A stretch of 63,392 nucleotides of DNA, counting the filler, from Collodictyon triciliatum (lineage: Eukaryota): the NCBI GenBank assembly GCA_043381765.1. It is 51 parts of 51 records of this genome, joined end to end, with 100 filler letters (N's around TTAATTAATTAA, not from the genome) between each part and the next. Parts side by side here need not be neighbours in the genome. Positions count along the whole stretch, not along the records: positions 1 to 1,149 come from JBHJMP010012089.1; positions 1,250 to 2,398 come from JBHJMP010012090.1; positions 2,499 to 3,646 come from JBHJMP010012091.1; positions 3,747 to 4,894 come from JBHJMP010012092.1; positions 4,995 to 6,142 come from JBHJMP010012093.1; positions 6,243 to 7,390 come from JBHJMP010012094.1; positions 7,491 to 8,637 come from JBHJMP010012095.1; positions 8,738 to 9,884 come from JBHJMP010012096.1; 43 more parts are not named here. One strand, 5' to 3'. The notes under the pieces are model-generated. The model had not been told where the DNA came from, did no database searches, and was given only the letters and a program-made list of their open reading frames with translations. Position numbers and translations under genes: made by a program. Positions 1 through 12,111 of the stretch are shown here, one piece after another; position 1 is the stretch's first letter, and each line of letters starts with the position of its first letter.

Positions 1-1149
1 CCCTTCGTCCAGGGGATATTTAACGAGTCCGTCGACTCGTTAATAGGTTGAGAATCATAAAGCAAGTCTATAGCAGAATAAAAGGACATCCCCTTACATA
101 TCGATTGGAGAGCATACAACGACCCGGAAGCTGTAGAAGAAATCAGACACAGTCTGAGGTCTCACTTCAACACGCCAGAGGATGAACCGATAGACGCCGA
201 CTGGAAGGCTGTCAAAGAGAAACTCATATCCTTGCTCAACGAGAAATCCAGCGAATTCAAGAAAAAAAACGCAACATAGAGAGAAGGACACTCGAAAGAG
301 AAAGAGATGTTCTCATATCAACCTCTACAAAACCCTCATCATGGAGCGAAGGGCGTAAAAAGAAAATCGTATCGGTCGAAGATAAACTGACTGCACAGCT
401 ATCGGAGGACATCGAAGCTGAAAGACGAAAATGGGAATCACGACACATCAGGTACTACGAGCAAATCGACCGATGATTCTTCGGACTCGGCAAAGAAAAA
501 GAAATGGCGCTCTACCCTCCACTACCAGAGTCAGACGAGAATGAACCGCTGCCACCTGAAGAGATTGGCAAAACAAACATCCAAAACTTCTACGCCGATG
601 TGTGGAAGAAGCGAGACTTTGACCGTGCCGCTCTCGAGCTGGTAACAAACAACTGCTCTGTGGCAAACGAAAGGGAGGCAGAATCTATGGTCAAAGACAT
701 TGATGACAGCGAGTTGTGGAGCGCTATCAAGTCCATGCCGAAGCGCAAAGCACCAGGCCCTGACCGCCTACCTAGTGAAGCGTACGCCACCTTCTTCCAA
801 GTTATCAAGACATCCCTCCTGGGACTCCTAAACAGCTTAATTGCATATGCAGACAATATCCCGGATGGCTTTACAGAAGCAATGGCGCGTCTAATCCCAA
901 AGAAAGAGGATTTAACTGACCTCAGAGACTGGCGCCCGATATCGTTGCTCAACAACGACTACAAGATTTTTGCCACAATCCTAAGAAACCGAATCTCTGA
1001 TATCGCCGACAGGCTCATATCAAAGGAGCAAATAGGATTCATGCGTGGCAGGAACATCGACACAAACATATGGCTCGTGAACAAGGAATACATGGAATAT
1101 CAAGTCTCCAAAGACCCACGCATCATGATATTCTACGACCTTGAAAAAG
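1..1149 (+). mobile_element. Non-LTR retrotransposon (L1/Tx1-like) ORF2, N-terminal half of reverse transcriptase; degenerate
   Basis: Motifs KAPGPDRLP, LIPKK..DLRDWRPISLLNNDYKIF, EQIGFMRGRNI, IFYDLEK; in-frame TGA at 474-476 and a frameshift near the A-run at 262-269. Confidence 0.93.
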
Positions 1150-1249
1150 NNNNNNNNNNNNNNNNNNNNNNNNNNNNNNNNNNNNNNNNNNNNTTAATTA
1201 ATTAANNNNNNNNNNNNNNNNNNNNNNNNNNNNNNNNNNNNNNNNNNNN
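1150..1249. other. Artificial contig-joining linker (44 N + TTAATTAATTAA + 44 N); recurs about 50 times, roughly every 1.25 kb
   Basis: Identical 100-nt block throughout; the core has stops in all six frames; flanking contigs are unrelated and roughly length-sorted (1149 down to 1140 bp). Confidence 0.98.
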
Positions 1250-2367
1250 CAAACTCCATCACAAGGCAAATATTGGGCGGCTTCACACACGCTCCATGGA
1301 ACTTGAGAATCGATGGGTGGCTGACCTCTCTATAGTTTGTAAACAAATACTCAATATATATCATCATACCACCCAACCATTACACGCCCCTTACTACACA
1401 TGTCTTCCTATCTCACTTATCAAACATCATATATTATATATCAGTGCATCGTCGCCATGTCCGTCCATAATCCGTACCTGAGCAACATGATTTCTAGAAG
1501 AAACGAGAAGTAGCGCTTCTCCTCCATCCTCTGTCTTATAAACTTCTTGACGGCCACTCGCTCGCCCCTCAGCTCACCAAGGAAAACCACTCCGAAAGAC
1601 CCAGCTCCCAGCTCCTTGTCCGACACCGAGATGTCCTCGAAGTTGAGTTGCCAAGAGTTGCCCTATGTAGATATAGGTAAGAATGGCCATCAGATTAATA
1701 TATATCACCTCAACAAAATGAAAATGCGTGAATATCTACAAATTGGAAAAAAAAACTTGAGTGTTTTCATTTGAGTTTGGAAAATCCTTAATGCTATGTT
1801 CGTCCTTCTTCTGTGCAAAGACACGCGAGCGGTCTGCCAAAGTGGCTGGAAGAATCTGCAAAAAAAAAAAAAGAGTCAACCACATATGCGTGTTATTGAT
1901 ATCACAGATATTGACATACACACATATTGTAAATGTCCTTGACACTCCAAAGTACCTCGAGAAGCTTGGTGGATGTTGTGATTCCCTTCAGCATGTGCTC
2001 GCCAAGGTCGCGGATGGACGGACGTCCCAGTGTATCCAGCTCGTCCCGAATCTCCTACTCACCAAAATAACCTCGCATGAGCTCAAACATCACCGCAACA
2101 TCAACATGAACATGAACACAACCACAACCATAAGTACAGCCACAACCACAACCACAATCACAAATGCGATATATATATATATATATGATTATATATGCAG
2201 TCCTGCTGACCCAAAAGCCTTACATCAAATGCTGCATCGCTGATGGCCACCTGGCCTCCTTGAAGATGTCCAATCGCTCGTGCAGCCTTGTTGACAACCT
2301 GCCCGAAGTAGTCCATGCGTCCAGTCACAGGGTCTTGCTTGCACAGCGGCTCGCCATAGTGAATTCC
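1250..2367 (-). CDS. Multi-exon class III adenylate/guanylate cyclase domain fused to a TKL-type protein kinase (partial)
   Basis: Spliced exons read GIHYGEPLCKQDPVTGRMDYFGQVVNKAAR (cyclase), DLGEHMLKGI, then LGAGSFGVVFLGELRGERVAVKKF and HPSILKFHGACVKPPNICLVMEF (kinase); GT-AG introns. Confidence 0.88.
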
Positions 2368-2498
2368 CTATTATCATCGCTATCATAAGAAGAAATGCNN
2401 NNNNNNNNNNNNNNNNNNNNNNNNNNNNNNNNNNNNNNNNNNTTAATTAATTAANNNNNNNNNNNNNNNNNNNNNNNNNNNNNNNNNNNNNNNNNNNN

Positions 2499-2553
<55 letters not shown>

Positions 2554-3542
2554 TAAAAATAAAAATAAAAATAAAAATAAAAATAAAAATAAAAAGGCTA
2601 TATGATGATAATTCACAAACCCCGAGGTGTAAAGAATATACATGGGCCAGAAACGGAAACGAAAATGAAGAAGTTAAGAGAATGGGAGCTTCAATATTAG
2701 TTGAAAGACAGGGATGAAATGAAGTGAAACCAAACCAACGTGTGATGGAGTTCCGCATGCGAGTGTTGCTTCATGCCTAAACACGTGAGAATCGCTCTTG
2801 CCCGGGAGGTGGTGCTCTATGTTCTCGCCATGTCTTTTTTCTCTTATGGAATCATTTGCCTTCAGCCGTGCTTGCAGAGCCTTGACAGCCGGCCGGTTTT
2901 TGATGACGTTCGCTGCGTGGGGGGCGTTGTGCCCGAAAACCACACAGAAAGTAGTGGCAAGCATAAAAGTTGCACACAACGCAGAGCCCAATCCACGCAA
3001 GTTGCGCCCGCTCATTCTAAACTTTGTGTCATTTAGTGCGGTTATTGAGTTGAAGGTCTTTGGGCGCCCCTTTCGAGTGTGCCGTCGTGATGTGGGTCGA
3101 GGGAGATGGACTGGTTTTCGAAGTGTCAATATAAGGAGATAAAAAATTACCGGCAAATGGTGGAGTTCTTGCAAAACATTCCAAGAAATACAACTAAAGA
3201 AGTAAATGAAAAACAGATAAAAACAGAAAGGAATCATGGCGTGAAATCCAACAGTTTGGGGGTTTCAAATTTAATGTCGCCCAACGATGTCTTTGAACCG
3301 AATAAAAGGGAAAGAAAAAAATGTCGTCCAACGACATCGATATAAATTTTTATCGGGTCTCTTTGCTTCGACTCTAACATCTTTTTCTTTTAAAAAAAAA
3401 TAATTTTTTTATTAGACGGCAACCAAATGCAGAATCACTTTTGGCGAGTGGTTACTTTTGAACGAGGCTCCTCTTTGTCTGCCCCCACGTCGGATGGGTG
3501 CTTTCTTTTGTATCTGTTTCAAGTGTGCCGTTGTCATTCATC

Positions 3543-3577
<35 letters not shown>

Positions 3578-3918
3578 CTTTTCTTTTCTTTTCTTTTCTT
3601 TTCTTTTCTTTTCTTTTTTCTTTTATTTTTTATTTTTTATTTTTTANNNNNNNNNNNNNNNNNNNNNNNNNNNNNNNNNNNNNNNNNNNNTTAATTAATT
3701 AANNNNNNNNNNNNNNNNNNNNNNNNNNNNNNNNNNNNNNNNNNNNAATGACTGGTGGGGCACACCACTCATTTATTGTAAATAGATGCCATCAGTTCTC
3801 GAAGTCTGCGAACTCGTTGAACCAATGCAAGCTGCTCAGCTGGATTTAAAATTGAATAAAACATTACCTCCAATAATTATGTGCGTTTGTTTTTAAATAC
3901 TAATATAAATTTATAGAT

Positions 3919-4437
3919 ATGCCGGAAATCCCAGAAAATATTAAAAAGGAGTTGCCTGAAGATTTTGATAAAAATTGGGAGGTTGTTAAAATTGGCGACA
4001 TTCAAAAGAATGATTATGTCTCGTATTTTCCCAAGCCCCGCAAATATCAATCGCGTGATTCTGAAACAACACCCAAGCTGGTGAAAGGCGGATATGTTAC
4101 ATTTACTCCAGACGAGGAGAAAAAAGAAATTCGCGGCACAAAGGAAAATGTAATTGGGCTTCGCAGTTTCAAAGCAAAGTGGTCTGTCAGTGAATCAGAT
4201 GTTTATTTCTTTTGCAAGTCCAAGAAAGACATGAATGAGTTTTTGAAAAAAGGAGTTGAGAAAGCTAATGAGACAAAGACCGAGGTACGCAAGCGCAAGG
4301 CCGAAATACTCAAGGACGAAATCAAGGAGGCTAAAAAGATGAGCGTCAATAAAGATGCCGTCAAGGCGGCCGTGGAGGAAGCTGAGACCGATTCTCCAAT
4401 CAAAAAAAAAAGAGGCAGACCAAAGAAGACTGCCTAA
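3919..4437 (+). CDS. Intronless 172-aa viral-like protein with C-terminal AT-hook (KKKRGRPKK)
   Basis: Complete ORF; AT-rich upstream; stop codon overlaps that of the convergent integrase ORF. Confidence 0.75.
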   Translation: MPEIPENIKKELPEDFDKNWEVVKIGDIQKNDYVSYFPKPRKYQSRDSETTPKLVKGGYVTFTPDEEKKEIRGTKENVIGLRSFKAKWSVSESDVYFFCKSKKDMNEFLKKGVEKANETKTEVRKRKAEILKDEIKEAKKMSVNKDAVKAAVEEAETDSPIKKKRGRPKKTA

Positions 4438-4894
4438 GATTTATTTCTTCTGGCCGCACGTTCTGCGCGAGACGCAGCTTGAGCTGCTTTCGTTTTCTCA
4501 TTGAACTTGAATAAATCTTTCTCCTCTAAACCAGAGGCCCCTTTCATTTTTCGAGGTTCCGCTGTTTCTAAAAATTCATTCAAGTCTTCTTCTTCTGCAA
4601 ATTCTTTGATGAGTTGTTTTTTGGGTTTGTGTGTTTTGCCTTTGGTAGTTGTGTCGTCGATCAGAAGCAAGTCAGAGCGCTTGAAATTAGTTTTGGCGAT
4701 CTTGGCATTGGTTGATTCGACTTTGACATAAGGCACGGCCCATTCGCTGGTTGGTTTGCTTTCTTTGATGACTGTGTATATTTCATTACTCCAACGGGGC
4801 AAGTACCCCTTTGAAGTTTTCAGTTTTTGTTTTATATTCACAGGCAAGTCAGTCTTCTCGAGAAGTATTCTGACTTTGTCTCCAGGTTGGAATG
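4434..4894 (-). mobile_element. C-terminal part of a Polinton/Maverick/virophage-type (rve) integrase
   Basis: Frame open to contig edge: FQPGDKVRIL...SKGYLPRWSNEIYTVI...PYVKV, matching the F-x-x-GD-x-VR...KGY-x-P-x-W-S/T-x-E-x-F/Y-x-V pattern of Polinton integrase C-termini. Confidence 0.72.
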
Positions 4895-4995
4895 NNNNNN
4901 NNNNNNNNNNNNNNNNNNNNNNNNNNNNNNNNNNNNNNTTAATTAATTAANNNNNNNNNNNNNNNNNNNNNNNNNNNNNNNNNNNNNNNNNNNNT

Positions 4996-5082
<87 letters not shown>

Positions 5083-5371
5083 TTGTTCCTCTCGACTCTG
5101 ACTCTGTCTCAGTGTGATCCACACATCCACTCTCAGCTCTTCGTATAGAATAGATCAGCCTTTTGTGGACTGAACTTTAACATCGTTTCGCCTTACAAAC
5201 AAACTGCGCAATCAAACCCTTCAAAGGAACAAAAGTTTTACTGCTTGCCCTTTACTATTCACCTAATTTCCTAATCACATGTCTCTGCCTAAACTCTGCT
5301 GACTCTCATCTCTCGCTGGTTGCCAGCCTCAAAGCACTGATAAACACACACCTCGCCCCAGAAACAGGCTC

Positions 5372-5795
5372 ATGGGCAAAATACAGTTCCAGTCCCCACG
5401 AAAGGTGGCCGCGCTTGCGATCGTGTTTGCGGGCGTCGTTTTTGTTGCCTCCTCGATTCTTCTCTCAAGGGTGGATACTCCTGACAATCAAACGCAGCCC
5501 GCAGCCCAAGGTTTTGTGCTTGGGCCAGACAGAGAGGCCGACTTGCCAGAGCGGTCCTTGCTTCGCCTTCCAAGCGGAGGCCTCAAGGCTGTGGCAGACT
5601 CCCGTGGTCTTTTGGTGGAAATAACCGGTCAAAGCGCTGGGCAGCAGAATGCAGCGTCTGTCCATTACGTCTCTCTCTTGCCAGGGACAAACCCCAGAGG
5701 CAACCACGCGCACACAGATGCAGACGAGGTTCTCACAGCAGTGGAAGGTAAGCCACAACAGATGTAATAACATTAACAATGACAATAATTACACA

Positions 5796-5834
<39 letters not shown>

Positions 5835-6071
5835 TAGCAGGTTGCTAGTTATAAAGAACGACTAGGATCGATGCAGCTCCGTGTCATGAAGGACAACATA
5901 GTGCAGGACTACATCTTGGTCAGCCCGTTTGCAGTCTTGGTTCCTGCCGGTGTCTGTCATGCTGTCCACAACCCAACAGCTAACAAAGCCGCTCTCGTCT
6001 CGTATTATCTGCCTCATTCTGCGGCGGGTGGCGGTGTGAACCGCACTATCTGCAGACTCTTTCTTGATTAA
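5372..6071 (+). CDS. Two-exon cupin-fold protein with N-terminal membrane anchor (FdtA/WxcM-like sugar isomerase motif)
   Basis: Hydrophobic VAALAIVFAGVVFVASSILL; cupin motif 1 RGNHAH..ADE..; intron 5748-5865 (GTAAGC..TAG) restores frame; motif 2 VPAGVCHAVHN. Confidence 0.75.
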
Positions 6072-9000
6072 AAAGAAACGGAAAGAAAGAGAAAAAAAAA
6101 AGTAAATGATAATAATGATGATACTAATAATAATAATAATAANNNNNNNNNNNNNNNNNNNNNNNNNNNNNNNNNNNNNNNNNNNNTTAATTAATTAANN
6201 NNNNNNNNNNNNNNNNNNNNNNNNNNNNNNNNNNNNNNNNNNGATTTAGTTTATCTTAGTTATAAATCAATAAATTGTGATAACCAAAATAGCCGATGAT
6301 TTCACAACAGACTTTTTTCAACCAATTATATGACTTTTAAATCAAAATATATCACACCTATGATTAAAATATATAATTAATTATTATTCAAACAATTTGC
6401 ACGATTTTAAAAAATAAAATATGAAAAAAACAGTCATATGTTATGTATATTAGGAAGTTATGTGTATATCACAGTTATGAACAAAACATGTTATCAAGGA
6501 ATACCGCGTCAATCATTTGGTTAAATTTTTTACATATTTCGTATATAAATATTCATAAAGTAAATAATTGATAAATTGCTTATTTAGTCATGTTTTCTTT
6601 AAAACGGATTCTTAATGCACAAAATATTATTTATTTTATTTAATCGACCAAAGTAAAATATAACAAACATAAAACTTATCTCTTGTTTTCTATGCAATCC
6701 AAAATTGGATGGGCGGATTATATGGTGTTAAAAATCAAGAAGTGGTTGATGACATGTTCTTTTAATAACTAATCAATTGGCATATTGATTAATTAATATT
6801 GAGACTTATGGGAATAACATAAAAATTGTAATGATATACGATAATTAATTTAAGTGAAAGTATCAATAGATTCTTCATCAGATGAATACTATCAAAATAA
6901 AATCTCATAAAATATTCATTTCCAGAATCAGTGATATACTTCAAAAAATTGCTTTATTTGTTGAACATTAATTTTAATATTCCTCAAAATGAAAAACTAT
7001 GAATACCAATAAAATACAATAAAAATTTATCAGGATATTATTAATTATTCATCATCATAATGTGGATATTTATCGAGATATACTGATTCAATTCGTTTAT
7101 TGTTTTCATATAATATTATACATATAATTCATCAGATAATCATAACTATAAAAATATTCATATTGTTAGATAACTTTGATATAACGATAAAATAATTACT
7201 GTTCGCTTGACTACATCGAATGAACATTGTTATTTAGGAGCAAACAATAAGATTTTCTTTATAACACGGATTTCGATAGTATCTGATAGAAATTAAAATT
7301 ATGATTTAATATAACTTGGCAAATTGTCTTTCAGTTAACTATATTATTGATTATATATAAAATATTTTAACCCTTGAAGAATAACCATTTNNNNNNNNNN
7401 NNNNNNNNNNNNNNNNNNNNNNNNNNNNNNNNNNTTAATTAATTAANNNNNNNNNNNNNNNNNNNNNNNNNNNNNNNNNNNNNNNNNNNNAAAGAAAAAG
7501 AAAAAGAAAAAGAAAAAGAAAAAGAAAAAGAAAAAGAAAAAGAAAAAGAAAAAGAAAAAGAAAAAGAAAAAGAAAAAGAAAAGAAAAGAGAGATGTCAAA
7601 AGTTTGTCTGGTCCTTTTCGTCCACCAGAAAAACTTGGGCTTTGGCCTCCGCTAATACACCTTTGAGATGGATATCATCATGTCTCATCCACTCCGGGAG
7701 CGATTGGGACATCCATGATTTCATTTTGCGTCTCTTAATAAATCCAGGGTTCTGAAAGGCTGTGTTCTTTGAGTCGGAGTATACTTTCACTTCAAAGCGA
7801 ACTGGAAAGAGGGCGAAAACGTTCGCTTCACTAGTAAGGAAGCGCATAGCCATTTGGACGATATACCGCTCTCCCTAGAGAATGTACGGTAAGGTGGTGG
7901 TCAGGTTCTGGGGTTTCTTGTTTCAGTATCAACCATATTGACCAATAGTTGATTCTTGTTTTTTGGTGACTGATGTCCATATGCATGTTTCACAAATGCA
8001 CATTCCATACCTTTGGCGACTTCTCAGGAAAGGCAAAGGGCCATGAAATCTACACATAAAACGCAAGGTGTGGTCTCTGATTAGCATTCAATTAATTTAT
8101 GTTTTATTATTATTATTATTATTAAAAAAAATGAAAGGGAGCAGATATGTTGGTGATTGATCAATGTCTAATACTTTATTGGACAAAGACGAAACAGTAC
8201 AATTAGTTTCTTTTGCTAATGTTTAAGAAAAAAGAGAGAACTCAAGTCATAGGCAATAAAATTCAAAGAGAAACGTATTACCCTAGAGATTGTCGAGTTT
8301 GGTGTGTTTTCCGATGCATCGACATCTATGAGTGGTAAGAAAAACTCGTTTTCGTCGGTCTCTGGCGGTTTCTGTTTGCTCTCTTTGACTATTTTCATCA
8401 CGCAGCACGCATTACATCTGATCATATAAGCGGCCTGTCAGTGGATTACTTTATATTACACAGTAATTTCTATAATTAAGCATTCTGGTTGCAATTTTTT
8501 TTTTTAAAAAAAACAGGTACAGTCGACACAGTATGAGTTAGTACGATGCTCTCAAATGGCCAACAAACAAAAAACAAACAAAAAACAAACAAAAAACAAA
8601 CAAAAAACAAACAAAAAACAAACAAAAAACAAACAAANNNNNNNNNNNNNNNNNNNNNNNNNNNNNNNNNNNNNNNNNNNNTTAATTAATTAANNNNNNN
8701 NNNNNNNNNNNNNNNNNNNNNNNNNNNNNNNNNNNNNCAGATTAAGGCCAATTTTTCCAATCTGTCAACTCGGCAATTATAGCGATTTTATGTAAGTCGC
8801 CTGCTATCTATACTATTTTCTTAGCGCACAACATAAGCCGACTTTTTTTTCAATTGCACTGCAGCATTTTCGGGTCTGTGCAAAGGTGTTTCTGTGTCGC
8901 ATTTGTAAGTGGAACATTCAATGACGGTGCGCCATAAGTTAAATAAATATAAAGTTGGTATATACTGATATATTAATTAAAATTTAGTTAAATTATTGAT

Positions 9001-9349
9001 ATAAATATCTATAATAATAAAGTATGATAATTTTTATATATTATCCACTTTTGTATAATTGACGCCAATGCAACGACTTCCTATTCCGTGCAAACGGATT
9101 TCAGTTACACGCACCACAGGCTCGTGGAAGAATCAGCTTCTTTCCCGCAACGCAACCAATCAACAAAACCAGCAAACGGCTACTTTTTTCTTTTTCTCAA
9201 GAAGACGAAAGAGCGGAGCAGATATTTTTTGTTTTTCCTTTATTCAGTTGAGGGTGCGATAGGGATGTGTGGGGATTGGGACAGAAATCAACAAAGGGTC
9301 AAGCGAATGCTACAAAACCCATGAAATGAACGGGGGAGTGGGGCGGTGG

Positions 9350-9884
9350 TTAGGTGCGCTTGGCCTCCTCGATAAGATCAAGAGCAGCTCGGATATGGAG
9401 ATTCTTGAACTCTGGAACAAGCTCCTTCAAGTCCGGCTCTGTCATCAGAAGGAACTCACGGCCGCCGAAGCCATTCTCTTGACAGGCTTGAATCAGTTTT
9501 GGATTGGCACTCTTCTCCTCCAGGTATGCTGTCAGTCTTTCGGCGCTCATGTTTCTAACAGAGCCCATCCTCGGAGTGGCCGGGACAGCAACGGGGTTGG
9601 AAATGATTCCTTTGAGCCCAGCCTCAACCTGTTGGGAATTGATGCGAGTCTCGTATGTTCTCTCCCAGCACTTGTGGATAAGGGCTGCGAGGTTAGGAGG
9701 GCAGGTTGGTGGGAGAGGAAGCATTTTACCGTTGGTCACATAGGAGCCAACCTGGCCGTCCGTCATGCCCTCGTACGGATACTCGCCGCTCAGCATGGAC
9801 CAGAGCACCACGCCGTACGAGTAGACGTCGCTGGGCAGCCCCATGCTCTTGCCGATCTCGAAGGCCTCGGGCGGCGACCATTTC
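9350..9884 (-). CDS. Tyrosine-kinase-like kinase C-lobe followed by a C-terminal SAM domain (partial)
   Basis: KWSPPE..SDVYSYGVVLWSMLSGEYPY..LIHKCWE..R; then MSAERLTAYL..ENGFGGREFLLMTEPDLKEL, a SAM-like pattern. Confidence 0.85.
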
Positions 9885-11231
9885 NNNNNNNNNNNNNNNN
9901 NNNNNNNNNNNNNNNNNNNNNNNNNNNNTTAATTAATTAANNNNNNNNNNNNNNNNNNNNNNNNNNNNNNNNNNNNNNNNNNNNTAGGCTTATACTAGAC
10001 ATGCCTTACGGCGCGAATTTTCATACAAATGAGGCCCAGCTGCTTATTTATATTTCATAATCAAGCTTTTTCATGAAACCAAGCGCCATGACCCAAACCT
10101 GACCATCTGGATGGATAACGACAGAAAATCTGGAAAAATGCGCTGGTGATTCCATGTTGGAGCAGGCAAAGCATATTTTTTTTAACATTATACCAATTTC
10201 GTGATATTGACATACTTCTTTTAAAAAATGCAAATTGGAAATGAAGGCTTCGTTTCATTTAAAATTAAAAATAACTGTAAAAAAGTATGAAATTATTCAA
10301 GGCTTGTTAGGTATAAGGATATTCAAGTGGTATAGAAGCAAAAATATAAAAATTGAGTATGTTTAAAGTAACACTGGACAGTGGACAAACAAGTTTGAAT
10401 AAAGATATCCTGATATATTAAATAAGAAATAGATGCCACTCTAGATACATAAAATTCAACCTAAATGAGCCTAGCGTATTTGCATCGCTTCTCAAAGAAC
10501 GCTCTGAAAAAATAGAGATTTGCTGCAGATGTGGGAAAACTAAACATTGTTATCATGTCTGGATTGTGCTTGAAAATCCAAAAGAAAAGAAAATTATCTA
10601 AAAGTAAAACTTTTTTCCGCATCATCACTTAATGCATCAAACACCAAACTAATTCTTTTCAAAGCACTCATTAATTAATGGAGAGCAGGCAAATTTTATC
10701 ATTTGTTCATTTAAATCGACAGAGTAGATACCAAAAAAAGTAAGCAAGAGCCTCCAGTGGTTCACAAGATAATCAAAAAATTCAAATAGTATCTCTTGAC
10801 CACCCTGGTTAGTCTGTGTAAATCAACCTTGAAGCTGTGAGAAACCACAACGCCTGGCGCTTGTTGGTTGGGAGTTGCAGAACATGAATAAACAATGAGT
10901 CCTAAAAATGTCATCATCAGATTGCCTTTTATTACAAGGGAACCAGGTGATGAAGAGGCGAGCAGAACAGTTCGTCCAAAATCCATCAAATTATTGTCTG
11001 TGTGTAGATATGCGTTTATGTATCTGATACCGGATACTGTTTGAAACTTTTTTAAATAAAATATGAACATGAATAAAGTTTTCACCTACTTTTCGAAATA
11101 AGCCAAACTTCGTGCCATGTAGCGACAACGGNNNNNNNNNNNNNNNNNNNNNNNNNNNNNNNNNNNNNNNNNNNNTTAATTAATTAANNNNNNNNNNNNN
11201 NNNNNNNNNNNNNNNNNNNNNNNNNNNNNNN

Positions 11232-12111
11232 GCACCTTGAAGACCATCCCGAAGCCGCCCTTACCCAGGACGTTTTCTTTCTTCTCGAAGTCTGTTGTCA
11301 GGAGATCTGCGTATTTGCCGCGGGCTAGGCGACTGGTTGGGGCGGCGTAGATGCCGGACTGGATGTTGGGACTGGCTGCAACCTGTGTAAGTGGAAGGTT
11401 TGTGTCAGGTAAGTCTGTTAGCTTTTCTAGCTTCTTCAGCTACGGTATCGACCTAGGGTTATGTTAGTTGTGTCCTGTGTTGTGTATGTGGGGGTTGGGG
11501 GTGAATGTGTGCTTACGGGGTCGTAGAGCTGCAGAGCGCGGATGTGTTTGTAGTCTTCGGAATCTGTGTTGTTCCAGCAGGGGAGATTTGAGATGCCACG
11601 CGGGGCTCTCTTTATGTAAATTCTTCCCTCGTCTTCGATGTAGAGTTCTTTCAGATTTGTGAGCGCTGTGATCTGTGCCGGAAGCTCCTCCATCTGCGTG
11701 TGTCGTTGTCAGTCACTTTCTTTTAAACATAAATAGTAATATAATATATGAATAAAAACATACCGGATTGTCACATACAACAAGAACTTCCAGACCAGTC
11801 AAACACGATATTTGTGCAGGTAGGGATGACAGCTTATTGACAGCAACATCAAGACGTGTAAGACCAGTCAAACACGATATTTGTGCAGGTAGCGATGACA
11901 GCTGATTGTTAGTAAGATACAATACTTTCAGACCAGTCAACAAAAAAACACCAGGTGGCACAGATGACAGATTCTTGTCATTGAGATACAGAGATGTGGA
12001 GCTTTTTAGAGTGGCAATATCAGCAAATGATCTCCCATAGCGATCTGTAGAGAGTTTCCGGACTTCTTCCAAAAGTGCATCCACTTGGGCAGGTGTGAGA
12101 TGATCAGACAT
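11232..12111 (-). CDS. Intracellular LRR-protein kinase, 5' part (3 exons)
   Basis: 23-aa LRRs (LSSLPAQISCLTGL..L....N) followed after two introns by NVLGKGGFGMVFKV, a kinase glycine-rich loop. Confidence 0.85.

Noticed and set aside
474-476. TGA=Trp recoding suggested by TGA at Trp-like positions in LINE copies (474; 39169-39171)
   Set aside because: The same copies carry frameshifts, one has a TAG, and both use TGG for Trp; ordinary decay explains it.
2674-3345. Overlapping ORFs on both strands as a possible transposase remnant
   Set aside because: No motif I can support; frames are interrupted.
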